A stretch of 64,000 bases of DNA from Callorhinchus milii (GCF_018977255.1 NW_024704751.1:5704001-5768000); one strand, 5' to 3'; numbered from the stretch's first letter, positions 33,601 through 48,149 are shown. Made by a program: numbers and translations. Notes: generated by a model not told the origin, from the sequence alone.

Positions 33601-36600
33601 GTATATGTATGTACCTTGGCCAATACTCGTCCTTCGCTCAAATTGATCCCCTCAACAGTTCATATAAATCGGGCACTTACCTGCGTTTTACGGAACATCA
33701 GTGGTGAAGTCTCACCCACATGGTGTCCACAAAGTTCTGTTACTACCCCCCCACTCATAGTGCACTGACCGACAACCGAAACGTTCGGAAAAATGATGAT
33801 AATTGTACTTAGAAGTACTTAATTGTATTCAGTACAGGCGTGTAACAAGACTTTGGGGACACCTGTAGTGCGTTTGTCTGGATAAAAGCATTTGTGACAT
33901 TTTCAGAGTGGTTCTTTTCGTTGAGCGCTTTGAGACAGTTCGACTTGATAAGCTGCAATGTTAACCGCAAACGCTAGACTTATTTATTCTAGATCTTCGT
34001 CCTTATCTTTTCAAATGAAGCGTTTAAACCGGGGTTCCCGTCTGCCTGCGATTCCGGGGGACGTTATAGAAATTGCGGGCTGGTATTTGAAAGAGAAACG
34101 GGAGCGCGAGGAGGCTGGAAGAATGGCCAGGGATTCTTCCCGCTCAGCTCCTGTTAACTCCTCTGGAGCTCGCTCCCCAAATGCCTCCACCTCACGCGCT
34201 CTCTGTCTGGCTTTAAAAGCAGCTTCAAAACTTATCTCTTTCGCTACCCTCCCCCAACCTCACCACTCAGGGTTTGGCACAGTCACTGTGAACTGGAACG
34301 AGGAATGATGATGATAAGTATTTCATTGCGTTCAGTTAAAGCGCTCTGCGACGTTACCTCACGTGAAGGGCGCTATCTAAATGCAAGTCGTTGTTGTTGT
34401 AAAGCGGTCTGAATGGTTACCCTACATGACCCTGCAAATATACAGTCACGACACTTCACAGTAAATCCTGCGAAGCGCTTTTTAAATTGAGACCGTACGA
34501 TGACGTATTGAGGCGCTATATCAAATGCAAGGATTATTATTCTTATTGTGTAAAGGCAAATTGTTGTTGTTGTTGCATGAACTGACAAGCCAAATGGCCT
34601 TTCCTGGTTTCCTACACCTTAGCGCTCTTATTCAGTTAATCAAACAGCATTTTGAGCTTTGTAACTTACTAAGCAGGTTCCATTAAATTCAAGGATGTCG
34701 TACCTTAGTGCAATCCAAATGCCCTGCGCGAATGCTGTCATAATAATAATAATAATAATAATAATAATCATGCTTGCATTTATAATAATATAGCGTTTTA
34801 TCGCTTCTTGCAAATGTGGCTCGTTCCTGCTCTGTGTTGATCACCTCCAACGCAAGACTGTTCCATTCATGACCACAAGGTGTTGCTCTGTCCCTTCAGT
34901 CTTGCAGGACAACAGGTTTGGTCAAGGCGCAAGTTAAGCTGGAGCTCCCTGTGTGCAACCTTGCACCCATGAAGGGATCCATTCATGCAAATAAGAGTAA
35001 TAATCCTTGCATTTGATATAGCACCTCATCACGTCGGTGAGACTGTCTCAAAGCGCTTCACAGAGTGCATTGTAAAGTGGATTGAGTGGGTACTTTGTGG
35101 GCGAAACACAGCAGCCAATTGCGCACAGCAGTGTCCCACAAACAGTCGTGGATTGAGTGACCAAATTATTATTTTTTTTCTTACCGTGCGGATATCTAAC
35201 TCTGGCACTTGATCCTCGATTTCAACAATCAGCAGTCACCCAATAACACAGTCATACATCAACAACTAGATGGTCCAAACGACACTATCCATAGGCAGGG
35301 TATGTGAATGTACAGAAATAGTTAAGAGGAACTGTACTTCCTCTTAACTGTATTTCATCACAAGATATTAGATTATATGACTCAGTTACAATGCACATGA
35401 TTATAACGATGATCCACCCTTGCATTGGGCAGAGTGCCTTTCATGTCGGGAGGATGCCTCACAGAACCTTTTGTGAAGTGAAGTGCCTGTGTGTATTTGT
35501 GGGGGAACGATGTGATGGGACGCTATTTAATGTGCAAGGATTATAATTCTTATTATATAAACGCATGTTGCGGTTATTGACGTCAACTGACGTGAGCAAA
35601 CTTGCCAGGCCAAATGGCCTTTCCCTATTATTTAATTCTGAGGGCCCTTCCTAAAATAATCAAATTATGTTGGTAAGTAAGACAGGAAACTCTCAAGTTA
35701 AAACAATGTGCAACTCAACGACTGACGAACGCTTTCCAATTCCTAATCATGAATAGAGTGCTAATTAAATTATATTTTGCATTGATTTCAATCCCAAATT
35801 ACTCATGCCTACTTTTGTCGGCCAAATTTGTGTTGTTCCTAATGGCTTATTTGTTTGATAATGTTGCATTGGACGTTAGCCATCACCGGTTTTATTCACC
35901 GAAATTGCATACCCTATTGGAATAATTAACAGGGAGGAAAAAACAAAGAGGGTTTTCAGAATGAGCTGCCAGTGTCTGCAAAGTCAGGTCAGGAACAGCT
36001 TTAATAATTAATGTGGAAAACAACACAATTGTTCTCGAGGAATATAATTTCATATCAACCAACGCGCGCATGTTTTGATATTGGAAACCTTGCAAATGCT
36101 GCATTTCGCTTGCAAAACACACAGTCGCTATTTTCCAAGTAAATCCTGTGAAGCGCTTTGGAACTGTCCTCCCAATGTTAAAGCCCGATGTCAAACATTA
36201 GGATAGTGGTACTATTATTTTAATCGTGGGTTTGAATCAGCCCAATTAAACACCTTTAGAGTTAATTTAGTTTCTGGGTGTTTAACTCGCCAACAGCAAT
36301 ACTGGGTTGACGTGCATTCCTACCACTCTGCGTAATCCTTCCTTTCATCACAACAATTTAGACACACAATTAAAAGCCTAGATTGGCGGATTGCGGACAC
36401 GAATGTATCCACGGCAACCTGTGATAATTGTCGGACAAAAATTAATGTAACGCAGAAGAAGTGAGTTCGAAACGGAAATTGCAGCTGGTGACACACAAAT
36501 ATATTTACGCTGTTGTCTATGCTTAAGAGCTCTAGGACGCGACCCCACGTGAGGGGAACTATTTAAATACAAGTTGTTGTTGTCTATGCGTTGTAGTCAT

Positions 36601-39108
36601 ACCTATTTGTTATAACCACTTTTTGTGAAATACGATAAATCTGTTGGAAGATCTATTCGTAGGTCCTGTTGTAGCTAATGGCAGTCAATAACTTGCATGG
36701 TTTTGAGAGGAATGACACAAAACCACTATAGACATCATAGTGGATAGTAGTGGAGGTGAAATAAGAGGTTTATTTTTTACGTGTGTACAGCTATCAATCA
36801 CCTTCACATATATATACATACACACGTTTTTACAGAGAACGCAAAGTAGTTCTTTTTTGTCCCCTCTTTTGGCCCTGAGACAAAGTCAACCGAGTTGGAG
36901 ATGTAAAGATTAATTTATACGTTACAGGACAAATATTTCGCTGGTTTGATCAATCACATTGCGGTGACAACAAAGCGAGCTGAAAGGCTTGCCTTTTGCT
37001 CACGGGTGCGACCAGTATAGAGTGTTTTGCAACGCTCCAAAAAGGCCGGCCTTGCTGCTTTTTGGAAAAAAATTTCCAGCATATTCTTTGTGTTCAGCTG
37101 TGAATAGTTTGCGGAGAAGGTGTCTAATTGTACAATTCACCCTGGATTATCCGTCAACACCTTTTTGTCATATACAGTACAATGATAGCTTGTCATATAC
37201 AGTACTATGTGATGACAGCCCAATCTGTTCGTCCAAACCTCAACGTAACTAACATTGGGTCAAACAATGTCTCCAGCCCTGATGTTGCCATGATATTGGA
37301 GGAGGGACAGCAAAAATATTTTTTCTGTCATATTATTTCTCAACGAGGTGAGTATCTGCTGTTCAAGTGAACATTTTAGGACAACTAAGAGTTTGTAACT
37401 GCAGTCTCAAGTCTAGTCTTTCCTGTTTGCTGAATCTCACTGTTTTGCACGTAATGAGCGTCAATGAAGTTTTAGTAAAACTTTTTACTATGTGTCGTAC
37501 ACTGTGTGTAAGCTTTTCTAGTGTGACCCAAAATGCTGCAATAGAGGCTACACATATCAACCATTCAAATGGTCTGTGTGTATCTGTGTGCCCTTTTCAA
37601 GGCGTTATTATTATTATTATTAAATTATTATTAATCTTTACAATACGTTTGATTTATCTATTAGGTTGTTTAGAACTTTTGGGCTGATTAAAAATTAAAG
37701 CGTCAGTCAGACTTATATCAGTCAATTTGTTAAATATGTTGAATTCTATTCAGCTCTGGGTCATAACAGTCTATTAACATTCAAAACAGTATTAACATTT
37801 AACACAGCAATACAAATAATTTGCCATGATTGAACACTCACTGAGAAAAATCAAAATATTTGGAAAGAATAAATATCAATGCAGTGAGTGTATTCTTTAA
37901 AAAAAATGTTGTTTCAGAATTTTTTTTGACAACATTGAAATTATATAGTGATATAGTTCTGTATCTACTAGTTTTAATTCATGTTTTCCAATACTATTTC
38001 TTGGTAATCATATTAATAATCCTTGCATTTGATATAGCGCCTTATCAAGTTGTCGAGACGTTTCAAAGTGCTATGGTAAGATCACGTACAGGGGATTAAA
38101 TTTGTATTGTTATACAAGAGGCTGCTGAGGTTGGAGTTTCATTTTCAATCACATCAGTAAGGGTTTTAGGTGTTTAGAACACATGTGTATCTTTCACTTC
38201 TTTAGTTATTTCCTGCTTTGTTGGGAATATATTGTAAATATATTGTAAAGGGTATTGACTGTGTATTTTTTATCTGTACTAATTGTAGCTTTAATTTTTT
38301 TCGCTGCAAAAGGAAATTAGCTTCTGGGTAATGAAAGCGCTGTCGTCATTTTAATTATTTCAATCTCATAGTCTCAAAGCAAAACAATCCAATTTTATGT
38401 CCTTTGAAGCACTTTCAGATGTCCTTTCGAAATGAAAGGCACAATTTCATGACTGAACATTTAGATCAATTCGTCCTTCAGATGAGACATTTAAACCAAG
38501 GTCCCGTCTGTCTCTTCAGGTGGACTGTAAAGATCCTATGGTGCTATTCAAAAGGGAAAGGGAGTTTCTCTTTCTCCGGGTGTCCTGCCCAACAATTCCC
38601 TAAATAAAAAATTGGTCACTCACTGGTTATTTGTGGGACATTGCTGTGTGCAAACTGGCTGCCTCGTTTCGTCCACAAAATGCAGTCAATCCACTTTACA
38701 GTCTATAACCTGTGAGGCGCTCTGAGATGCCTCGACACCCTGATAAGACACTATATAAAATGCAAGGAATACTATTATTGTCTCAGTGCAGCATTTTGCC
38801 ACCAAATATGCCCTACCTCTACCTTGACCTTGGTCCATCTTTAACTTCCAATAGTAAACTCAACATTGTTGCAGACACTATAATCTCCTCCCGCCCCCCG
38901 TGTCGTATAGATTTTGCTCACAAAACATGCAGCCAAATCACTTTACAGTATATTCCGTGAAGCGCCTTGAGACGTCTCGAAGGCCGTGATAAGGCCTGTA
39001 TCAAACGCAAGGATTATTATTATTATTATATACAACACAATGTATTTTGTTGGCGCTGGGATCGGAATGACTCCTGCGTTTTCTTCTCCGTGGATCCACA
39101 GGTAAAAC

Positions 39109-40176
39109 ATGGGTGATTGGTCCTTGCTTGGCCGGCTTCTGACAGAGGTCCAGCACCATTCCACGGCGATCGGGAAGGTGTGGCTGACCATGTTGCTGAT
39201 TTTCCGCATCCTGCTGGTCACGTTGGTGGGGGACGCGGTGTACAGCGACGAGCAGTCCAAGTTCAAGTGCAACACCCTCCAGCCCGGTTGCAACAACGTC
39301 TGCTACGACACCTTTGCGCCCATCTCCCACCTCAGGTTCTGGGTCTTCCAGATCGTCCTGGTTTCCACCCCGTCCATCTTCTACATCGTGTACGTCCTGC
39401 ACAAAATAGCGATAGACGAGAAGAACGAAATCAAGAGGGGGTTTCCAGACACCTGCGTTCCTGACGAGCGTTTCCTCCCCGAAGACGAAGCCTTGAGCCA
39501 CAGGACGGACACCACGGATTCACTGGATACTCAATTGGAATTGCGAGACAGCGACTACGAGGAAGAACAAGTTCGAAGCCAAAAGGAGACCGATCCCACC
39601 CTGCTTTCCAATAAGGTGTTGACCATATATGTTGTACACGTCATGTTGAGATCCCTGATGGAGATAGCTTTTCTGCTGGGGCAGTACTACCTGTATGGGT
39701 TCACCGTACCTCATCTGTTTGTCTGCTGGACCTCACCTTGCCCAAACAAAGTGGACTGCTTTGTGTCCAGGGCCACCGAGAAGACCATCTTCTTGAACTT
39801 CATGTTCTACGTCAGCCTGGGCTGCCTCCTGCTGAACATCATAGAGCTTCACTACTTGGGTTGGGTGTACATTGCCCGTGTACTGTGCACCGCTTGCTCT
39901 CCCTGCTGTGAGAAGAAGAGGTACAAAGAAGCCGTGCGGCGGTACTCACAGCGCAACCCGCTCCTCTTGGAGCTAAAGGATTCGTTTCATGCCAATCTGA
40001 TGCTCAAGTCGTCCGCTCAGATGCTCCCGGAGAAGCACCCACCGAGCCCGGTGGCCATTTTATTCGAGTCCGGGTCGGCCGAGTGCACCAAGAAAATTCC
40101 CGAGGATAAGGAACGGACCCGGTCGAAACACGGAAATCTGAACAAGTCTGGGAAGAGCAAGAAAGTTTGGCTTTAA
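39109..40176 (+). CDS. cx39.2: Gap junction connexin, delta-type, most like the cx39.2 (gjd2-like/gjd5) group, 355 aa, single coding exon
   Basis: MGDWSLLGRLL..HST.IGKVWLT..LIFR; EL1 C-x6-C-x3-C, EL2 C-x4-C-x5-C, DCFVSRATEKTIF, four TM segments; splice acceptor CCACAG just before the ATG. The connexin call is certain; the subgroup is from recall. Confidence 0.9.
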   Translation: MGDWSLLGRLLTEVQHHSTAIGKVWLTMLLIFRILLVTLVGDAVYSDEQSKFKCNTLQPGCNNVCYDTFAPISHLRFWVFQIVLVSTPSIFYIVYVLHKIAIDEKNEIKRGFPDTCVPDERFLPEDEALSHRTDTTDSLDTQLELRDSDYEEEQVRSQKETDPTLLSNKVLTIYVVHVMLRSLMEIAFLLGQYYLYGFTVPHLFVCWTSPCPNKVDCFVSRATEKTIFLNFMFYVSLGCLLLNIIELHYLGWVYIARVLCTACSPCCEKKRYKEAVRRYSQRNPLLLELKDSFHANLMLKSSAQMLPEKHPPSPVAILFESGSAECTKKIPEDKERTRSKHGNLNKSGKSKKVWL

Positions 40177-40349
40177 AATGGAGAAAGCGCCATTTCTTGT
40201 AACGGATTCCGTTTAACTCTGAGTGTCGCGTGCACCGCAAATTGGAAGTTAGGAAAAGATCCTCGATGCAGAGAGAGGGTAGCTGCAGGAAACAAAATGA
40301 AATTTCCCCCCTATGTATCGCCTTCTTATGACACCTCCTTATTTAGGTG

Positions 40350-40735
40350 ACGGCCTGACTCAGTCAGCAGTGCTCTCACCTCGGAGTCAGACAATTGTGG
40401 GTTCAAGCCCCGGGGTCAGGACTTTGAACTCACGTAGTTTAGGCTGACCCTCCAGTACAGTGCTGGGGAGTGACCTGCATTGTCAGAGGTGCTATCTTCA
40501 TCTGAGACATTAAACCGAGGTCCAACTCTGTGCCTGTTCATGTAGACATTGAAGATCCCATGATCCCAAAAAGAGAAGGGTGTTTCTTCCAATATCTTGG
40601 CCAACAATCCCCTCAGATAAAAATGGTCTGTTTATGGGACATTGCTGTGCACAAATTGGCTGTTGCATTTGCCTACAGTGAAGCACTTTGAGATGTGAAA
40701 GACCCTATATCAAACGCAAGTATCATTATTATATT
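40350..40735 (+). mobile_element. DeuSINE-like element downstream of the connexin stop
   Basis: Head GAGTCAGACAATTGTGGGTTCAAG, core, tail. Confidence 0.8.
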
Positions 40736-43139
40736 ATTTATCCTTCTGAACCCTCAGAATCCTAACTAGCCACGTATTTAGACTTCTCCGTATTGGTAAG
40801 TACTCCAAGTTCTACCTCAAGACAGACACTACCTATTTGAGAGGTCGGAAGGCTTACAAGTTCCCATTATGCATGTTAATAATATAATGGTAATCCTTGC
40901 ATTTGATATAGCACCTTATCACGTTTTCGAGACTTCTCAAAGTGCTTCTATTGCATGAGTCTGGGTTGGGAAGCCTTTTCTCCCCTATTTCCTTCTGTTT
41001 TAGTTGATAGATGAGAAAAGGAACGGCGTCTTGTAAATCTTTCCCTTTGGAACGGGATCTAAAGACAAAGCAATTACTAATGGCATTCCTTAACAAGGAA
41101 ACAAGACACACCAACTCATGGGAATTTGCCAATGTGACCTACTCTCAGTAGAGTTCCTCTAGAGTTGGCTTGACGTATGTTTCTGCTTCCTTGTTAAGGA
41201 ATCCCAATGTGGAAAATGCTACATATTAGTTTCCGATATCAGCCAACAACTGACCTCAACACACCACCCTCCGCAATGAAATACCATTTACTTGTAACCT
41301 TAACTTACTGTTAGTGAGTGGCTTATCTCCGCTTTAAAATACTTTCTTCTCTCCTCTCTCTACTACTGTCTTGCTGTCTGTTTCTGGTGGTCCTCTTGAA
41401 CCTTCTATATTGATCTAAACACCTGACCAGTTCATAGGCACAGCTCATATGTTCTTTAAAACGTGATTAGATTCTGCACCGCGCCAACTAAGTTCGCATG
41501 AATTTTATTTCTGATGAAACCATTAAATGTATTTTTTGCTTGCTTTGCTTTGCAGGTTGCAACATTTCTTCCTTGTTCAGTCACTGTATTTTCTTGATGC
41601 TGTTCTTGCACATTTGCTTGTATGCACACTCATGGATGCGTTTAGAAGCGTATAGGCTACGAAGCTGGTCAGATACGACAGTTTGAACCATGATGGGGAA
41701 GAGCTCAGGGTGGGGCGCGGGGGTGGGAAATCCTGTAATACACAACAACTTGGTCTGGGATCGCTTGAAGCAATTAATAATAATAATAATCCTTGCATTT
41801 GATATAGCGCCTTATCACGTCTTCGAGACGTCTCAAAGCTCTTCACAGAATGTGTTGTAAAGCGGATTGACATGTATTTTGTGCAAATGACACAGGAGTG
41901 TCCCACAAACAGTTGTAGATTGAGTAACCATTTTTTTTTGAGGGATTATTACTCCCAGAAAGCGATCCGCCAATCGACTCGCTCTCTCTCCCCTCATTCA
42001 AGTTCTGTCTCAAATCGAAGCGTAGCTCTTTAACCACGCTTTCAATCAACATTTCCCACCCCGTCCAATTGAGCTCCCCCTCCCCCCCAGCTCAGGTGCT
42101 CATCCAGCAATGTCAAGAGCTTTGAGACGTCCTCCCGACGTGAAAGGTGCAGAGTAAATGTAAGTTGTATTGTATTGAATTGCTTCCATTGGCTTAGGAT
42201 TCAGTAACTCACTGTAACGGTGGCTGATATTAACCAGAATTTTTTGAGGATCTCATGAGCCAACATGAAGGTGATCTTGAAAACTGGCAGCACAAATCCC
42301 CTTGCCCCCCATGGGCAGAAAGCTGTTCTTCATTATCAGTAAGTTAATCCATGGTGTATTTTGACTGCTGACTTTGCTATGTAGCAAGTTCAGACTGGAC
42401 TTACTCCAATAGTTTGAATAGGTTAGGAGACAGACCGGCTAGATTTTGTTTTGATGGAAAAAAATATTCACAAAGTTATGGGGAAAAGGCAAGTAACTCG
42501 AATTCAATGGATTGCTCTTTCAAGGAGCAAGCACACACACAATCGCGATGCTACAAATGTCCTTACTATTTGCTTGTATATTTTTATGGTTCTACAATGT
42601 TTCGGTGCCAAAAATGAAAAGAATAAAGAGAAGGCTTGTTCAATGGGTAAAGACATTACAGGTGAAGTACAGGATCACACAGACTGGAACGTTAAATGGT
42701 TACAAATCCCGGGTTGTGCTGAATTAGCTGATATGAGCTGGGAGAGCAGTTGGGACTTCTGTTAGCCTCAGAAAATTAACCAGCTATCTCTACTTCTGAT
42801 CATTATCCAGTAATCTCTATTGGGAGGTACACGAGTAAATGTCCTCCACCATAACAGTATATCCTGTAAAGCGCTTTGAGACACCTCAACGATGTGATAA
42901 GGTGCCATATCAAGTGCACGGATTATTATTATTATTCTTGTGAGTAGCTGCTAACACTCGCTGTCAGGGCTCCCACATAAAGGATGGCCACTTTGATGAG
43001 ATACTGGAGAGATACTGGTTTATAATGGAACCATTGGTCCAGTCAAAGACAAAACCAAACCATATAAGGTCAAATGCCTCTAAGAGAGGAGAAAAGGGAA
43101 AAGGAATAAATTTGGAGAAGAAAAATAGCCCTAGGGCCC

Positions 43140-43437
43140 GGCGAAACCTTAGGCAAGTTTCCTTACCCTTCACGCCTCTGTTTACCTTGCAGTAAGTAGA
43201 AACCCGGTTGTTTGACGATTGGCGGATCGCTTTCCGGGGTAATAAATTCTCAAAAAAAAAATTGGGTTATTGAACTCATGACTGGTTGTGGGACACTGCT
43301 GTGCTTAATTGGCTGCCGTGTTTCACCCGCAAAAATACAGTCATCCACTTTACAATATATTTTGTAACGCTTTTTGAGATGTCTCAACAACGTGATGAGG
43401 CGCTATATCAAATGCAAGGATTATTATTATTATTATA
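43140..43437 (+). mobile_element. 5'-truncated SINE (8455-type body)
   Basis: GGCAAGTTTCC...AACCCGGTTG...tail (TTA)n. Confidence 0.8.
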
Positions 43438-44269
43438 ATTTTCATTATTATTAGAGCTTGGATAATTTCAATCCAGTTCCCAGAGAACAGGAGTCCAGAG
43501 TAATTCTGATGATAATTCATCAGTGCTTTTGGTCTCTCAGTCAGTTATGCCATTATAATGATGGATAATGTGAGAGTTGAAAAAGTACTTTGGGATTAAC
43601 GGAAGCAGAGGAATGATACTCTGCATCTGGCTATGATATGTGTGATGGCTGAGCTATGGCTGTGTTAGGTTGTGGGTGGCAAACCTGAAGAAGTGTTTTT
43701 TTCATTCCTTAGCATCAACATCCTCTCTCTCGATGAGCACACAATCACCAAACGAATACAGCTTAGAATAGTTTTGCCTATTATCTCTTATCATTGCCAA
43801 GGTTGTCAGCTTGGCTTTGTAATTTTCAATGTCACCAAGTTGTCCGGTTAGGTTTGCAGTTTGAGCTACGCAAGATCAGAGAGGAAGGTAAGGCAGGATT
43901 TTTGAAGTGTTAGGCTATTTATATACACATATATATATTAAACTCAATTGCATGAGCCATCTGCATTCTCTGTTGCTGCATGCTGTATTTTTGAAGCCTG
44001 TGCTCTTTAAACACTTTATCCACTCAATAAAATTTACTTGTAGTCACACTTGAACCATACAGTTTTAATCTTCATGCTTAATCTGCTTTTATGATATGAT
44101 ATAAAAATAAACAATATTGATACAATTGTGGGCTGTCTGTATTATTAACAGCAAGACAGAATTATTATTATATTATTTACAACAGGGTAAAAGTGCAAAG
44201 GTAAGCCAGTATTTTGTGCGCTCACTGTGCGTGTTCTTTATAAAAATGCAAGGATTATTGTGTTCAAGA

Positions 44270-44645
44270 CCCACTTTGAGACTTTGAGCTCACAGTGCAT
44301 GGAAGGCTGCATTGTCGGAGTGGCCGTTCTTCAAACGGAACATTAAATCAAGGTTCAGGCTTCCTGTTCAGGTGGACATAAAAGATCCTGTGGCATTATT
44401 CGAAGATACAATGGAGTTTCTCTCAGTGTCCTGGGCAACAATTGTCCCAGTTAATATTAATCAGTCACTTCATGGTTGTTTGTGGGACATCGTGTTGTGC
44501 AAATTGGCTGAAGCCCTTTGAGACATCCTCCCAATGAGAAAAGCAGCTATATTTTTGTCCACAAAATATACACTTCTGTGAAGTACTTCTAGACGTCCCG
44601 AAGATGTGATAAGGTGCTGTATCAAATGCAAAGATTATATTATTA
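44270..44645 (+). mobile_element. DeuSINE-like element
   Basis: Core GTTCAGGTGGACATAAAAGATCC and tail. Confidence 0.75.
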
Positions 44646-47600
44646 TCACCATGGATACAATTTTCCAGTAGTAAGTGAAAAGTTTTTGTTTTCCAGTTCA
44701 CTTTTCTCCTCTTCAGGTTTCTCTGGACCGTATATCATTCTTTATTAAAGTGGACGTTAGAATCCACAGACTCTCCCAATATTTCATCATGTAAGCAGGC
44801 ATTAGGAAATACACAGGAGTGTTGCTTCACCCTGAGGTGTAATTCTTCCCTGATGACACAGTTGAGATTGTGAATTCTACATTGCGGGGAACCACAGGCA
44901 TCTGTCCGTCTGCCAAAGAATTTTCATTTTATTTATTTTAACGTCAGGAAGATTAAAGTTAGATTTAAACTTTCTGCTCTGGACACTGGGAGATAGGGAT
45001 CGGCACTGAGATGTCTCATCAAGATTCCCAGTCGACCTATTGAAAGTTGAGCATCACCTGACTTGACAAGCAGAAGGTTGTGGGTTTAAATCTCAGCACT
45101 ATCAGACAGGTCTGGGCTGCTGCAATATACGCCTGAAGGGTGAACAGCTGTCATTCTCATCTTAACTTGTTGCAAGGACAGAACAGTAAGTTTATATCGC
45201 AGAATGCCGCAAACCATGGGGAAGAAATTGCTCATCTCGCTAAGTGCAGGAGATGACTTCTCCATCATTCGAGCACACCTTGAACACAGCTTCGCTTAGC
45301 GGCCTGAGGCATTTCACTCGCGCATGATGTATGCTCGACTGCGTTCACCTACAAAACACACAGTCACTACGCTTTACAGTGCATATTCCTGTGAAGCTCT
45401 TTGAGGCTGCGCGTTTACACGAAACAAGCTTCATCAAAGGCAAGGTGTATTATTACTTTTATTTTTATTTTACAGTTCAATATTATTCTTTTAATTAAAG
45501 AAAGGAAAAATCACGCAGTTTATTATTTATCAATCAATCAGTCAATCAATCAATCATACAAAGATAATTCATTGACCTAATTTGTTCTGATTTCACTGAT
45601 TTGTGATATAATAATTACTACATCCACTTGTGTTGGTACAAATGTATGTTTGTGCAATATATCAAGTAACAACCTACAACGTACATGATTATATTTCACT
45701 AGAGGGCATTATTTCGCTCCTATATTCAGTCCAACAAACTACTTAACTAAGAGTTTGGTTCAGTCCCTTCCTTATTGTACAGTAGATCACCTGTATTGAA
45801 AGGTAAATTCAGTATATTTTGTAGGCAACCTGCAGTAGGGAACAAGGGAGTGAGTTCCAGACATTAAGGGGCGTAGAATTGGAAAGTTGATGAGCTGGAT
45901 CTTACAACACACTAATAACATTCCTGCACCATTGCACATTTTTTTTCCAATGTACTTCCTTTTTCTTTGCACAAATCTCCCCCCAAGGCTCTTCCTAGCT
46001 TCTGTTGCTGCACGAATTTATGAAGTCATCCTACGCATCGTGTCCTGTCTCGGAACCTGGGCAGGGAATATACTTTCCAACTAAGATCCTTGCAGATTTT
46101 TTCATCGGCCGTGACAAACTCTTGTTGGACCTGTTTGGGGGAACATGCTTTTTGAGTGTGTTACATGACGCACCAAGGCTGTGTAATCCACAGCTGGTTC
46201 AACATTGGAAGCTTTAATCAGGTTGTTAAGATTGTACAAAACCTTCCAGTGACGCAAATTGTTAGCCAATACTTGAATGTTAACTTCAACACTGTTGCGA
46301 TTACCTACAAAATACACTATACTGTCTCTGCACTTTGCGTATAACCTGTGAAGCGCTTTGAAGCGGTCTCTTGACATGAAAGGCCCTATACTAAATGCAA
46401 GGATTATTTGTATTTATTTATTGGTTTGTTTGCTTGTCCTGGAGGAATTTCAGGCAGTAACACTATGCAGTTAAATTGCTGACACAGGGGAGTGTGAAGC
46501 ACTTTAACGTTCTTTGTGGGTATATCTATATGTTTGTGTACCTTGTCTTGTTGAAGGGAGGGTGGGGGGGGTTGAGTCAAAACAAGAACCAATAGCTGCC
46601 CTAAATCTAACTGATTGCTCACATGAACTCACCAAATTTTGCATTCTGTGTGAATTAGTCAGAGATAATCACAGGCACGGTCAAAGAGGTAGGTTTCAAG
46701 ATAGGATTTGAAGGTGGATAAAGAGGAGGTGAGGCAGAGAACTCAAGAGGTTAGGGCAGTCATTCTGCAGCATTCCAGAAGGTGAACGAACAATGAATGC
46801 AGACACAGACTTTTCAAATAGATTCATGCAATCTTTTAACATCAGCCTGAAGCAAGCAAAATCTCAGTTTAAGAATGCAACACTCCTTAATACGTCTAGG
46901 CACTGCAGGGCAGGTCTTGACTGCGGGTTTAAGCACTGTTAGCCTAGGCTATAAACTCAGAGTCCCAAAGTAGGGCTTGAAACGCACAACTTTCTGATTC
47001 GGAGATGCGAACACCATCTGCTGAGCCAAACAGACTGGACGCCCGCTAGTAATACCTCTCGGTGCTGAGCATTTCGTGTGAATCAGCTGAGGTGTTTCCA
47101 ATGCATGACAAATCATATGATTGTTCTAATTACACTAGGGCCCTCCTGCATGGATACATCAATAATGTGTGTATTCAGGGAGTGCCTCTTAATTACCCAA
47201 ACGTGGCATACACAGTGGCAGAGATTCACTTGGCTGTGGCTGGTGAGCCATCTCCTCACGAGGCTTCGTTTTAACACCGTCCAACACCATAATTCTTCTT
47301 GGTTCTACAGCGGAGGGTCGGGTCAAACCGACAGCCTTCTGACCCCGTAGCAAGGCTGCAACCAACAGAGCCAAGCTGTCAACACACAATAATTTACTGT
47401 TCCAACGGCACTGCGGACTTCACCTCACCTGTGCATGGCATAGCGTGTGTGTGTGTGTGTGTGTGTAAGGGATCCTCCCTTACACACACACATGCTATAA
47501 AGCTAGGGATCCTCCCTAGCTTTATAGCGCGAGAGAGGCAGCCAAGGGTTGTATTTGCGACAGATAGTCGCTTGGCACCTGTCGGGTGGCCGTTTCTCTC

Positions 47601-48149
47601 AACAATGCAACGCTCCGCCAGCAAGTGGAATCTGTTCCAAGGGAATGATAATAACAATAAGGATCCTGGCACTTGATATAATGCCTTGCCATATAATAAT
47701 AATAATAATAATGATAATAATCCTTGCAATTGACGCAGCGCCTTATCGCATCGTTGAGTATGACTCAAAGCCCTTCACGGAATATACTGCAAAGCGAATT
47801 GACTGTTTATTATTATGTGTGCGAATCGTGTGGTCCAGGCGTCTCACGAGGCTTCACGGGCCTGTACCCCAGAGCGGCTTTGCTTGTGTGTTTTGTGGGC
47901 GAAACGTATTTTCCCACGAAATGCATTTCAGTTGTGAAACAAAATTTTTTTTGGGGGGGGCGGTGGGTGGGGGGGGGGGGCGGGAGGGGCGCGGACATTT
48001 CCACAACAACAACAACAACCAAAAAGTACATAAGTAACAAAAACAATGAGAATAATTGCTCCAAAGCTGTGCCCTGTTATTTTGTGCCCTGTGTCTGTCT
48101 GTCTGTCTGTGTGTGTGTGTATGTGAGTGAGTGCAGTGTTTATTGGGTG

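Noticed and set aside
39001-39501. 166-aa antisense ORF over the connexin
   Set aside because: Shadow of the GC3-rich sense codons
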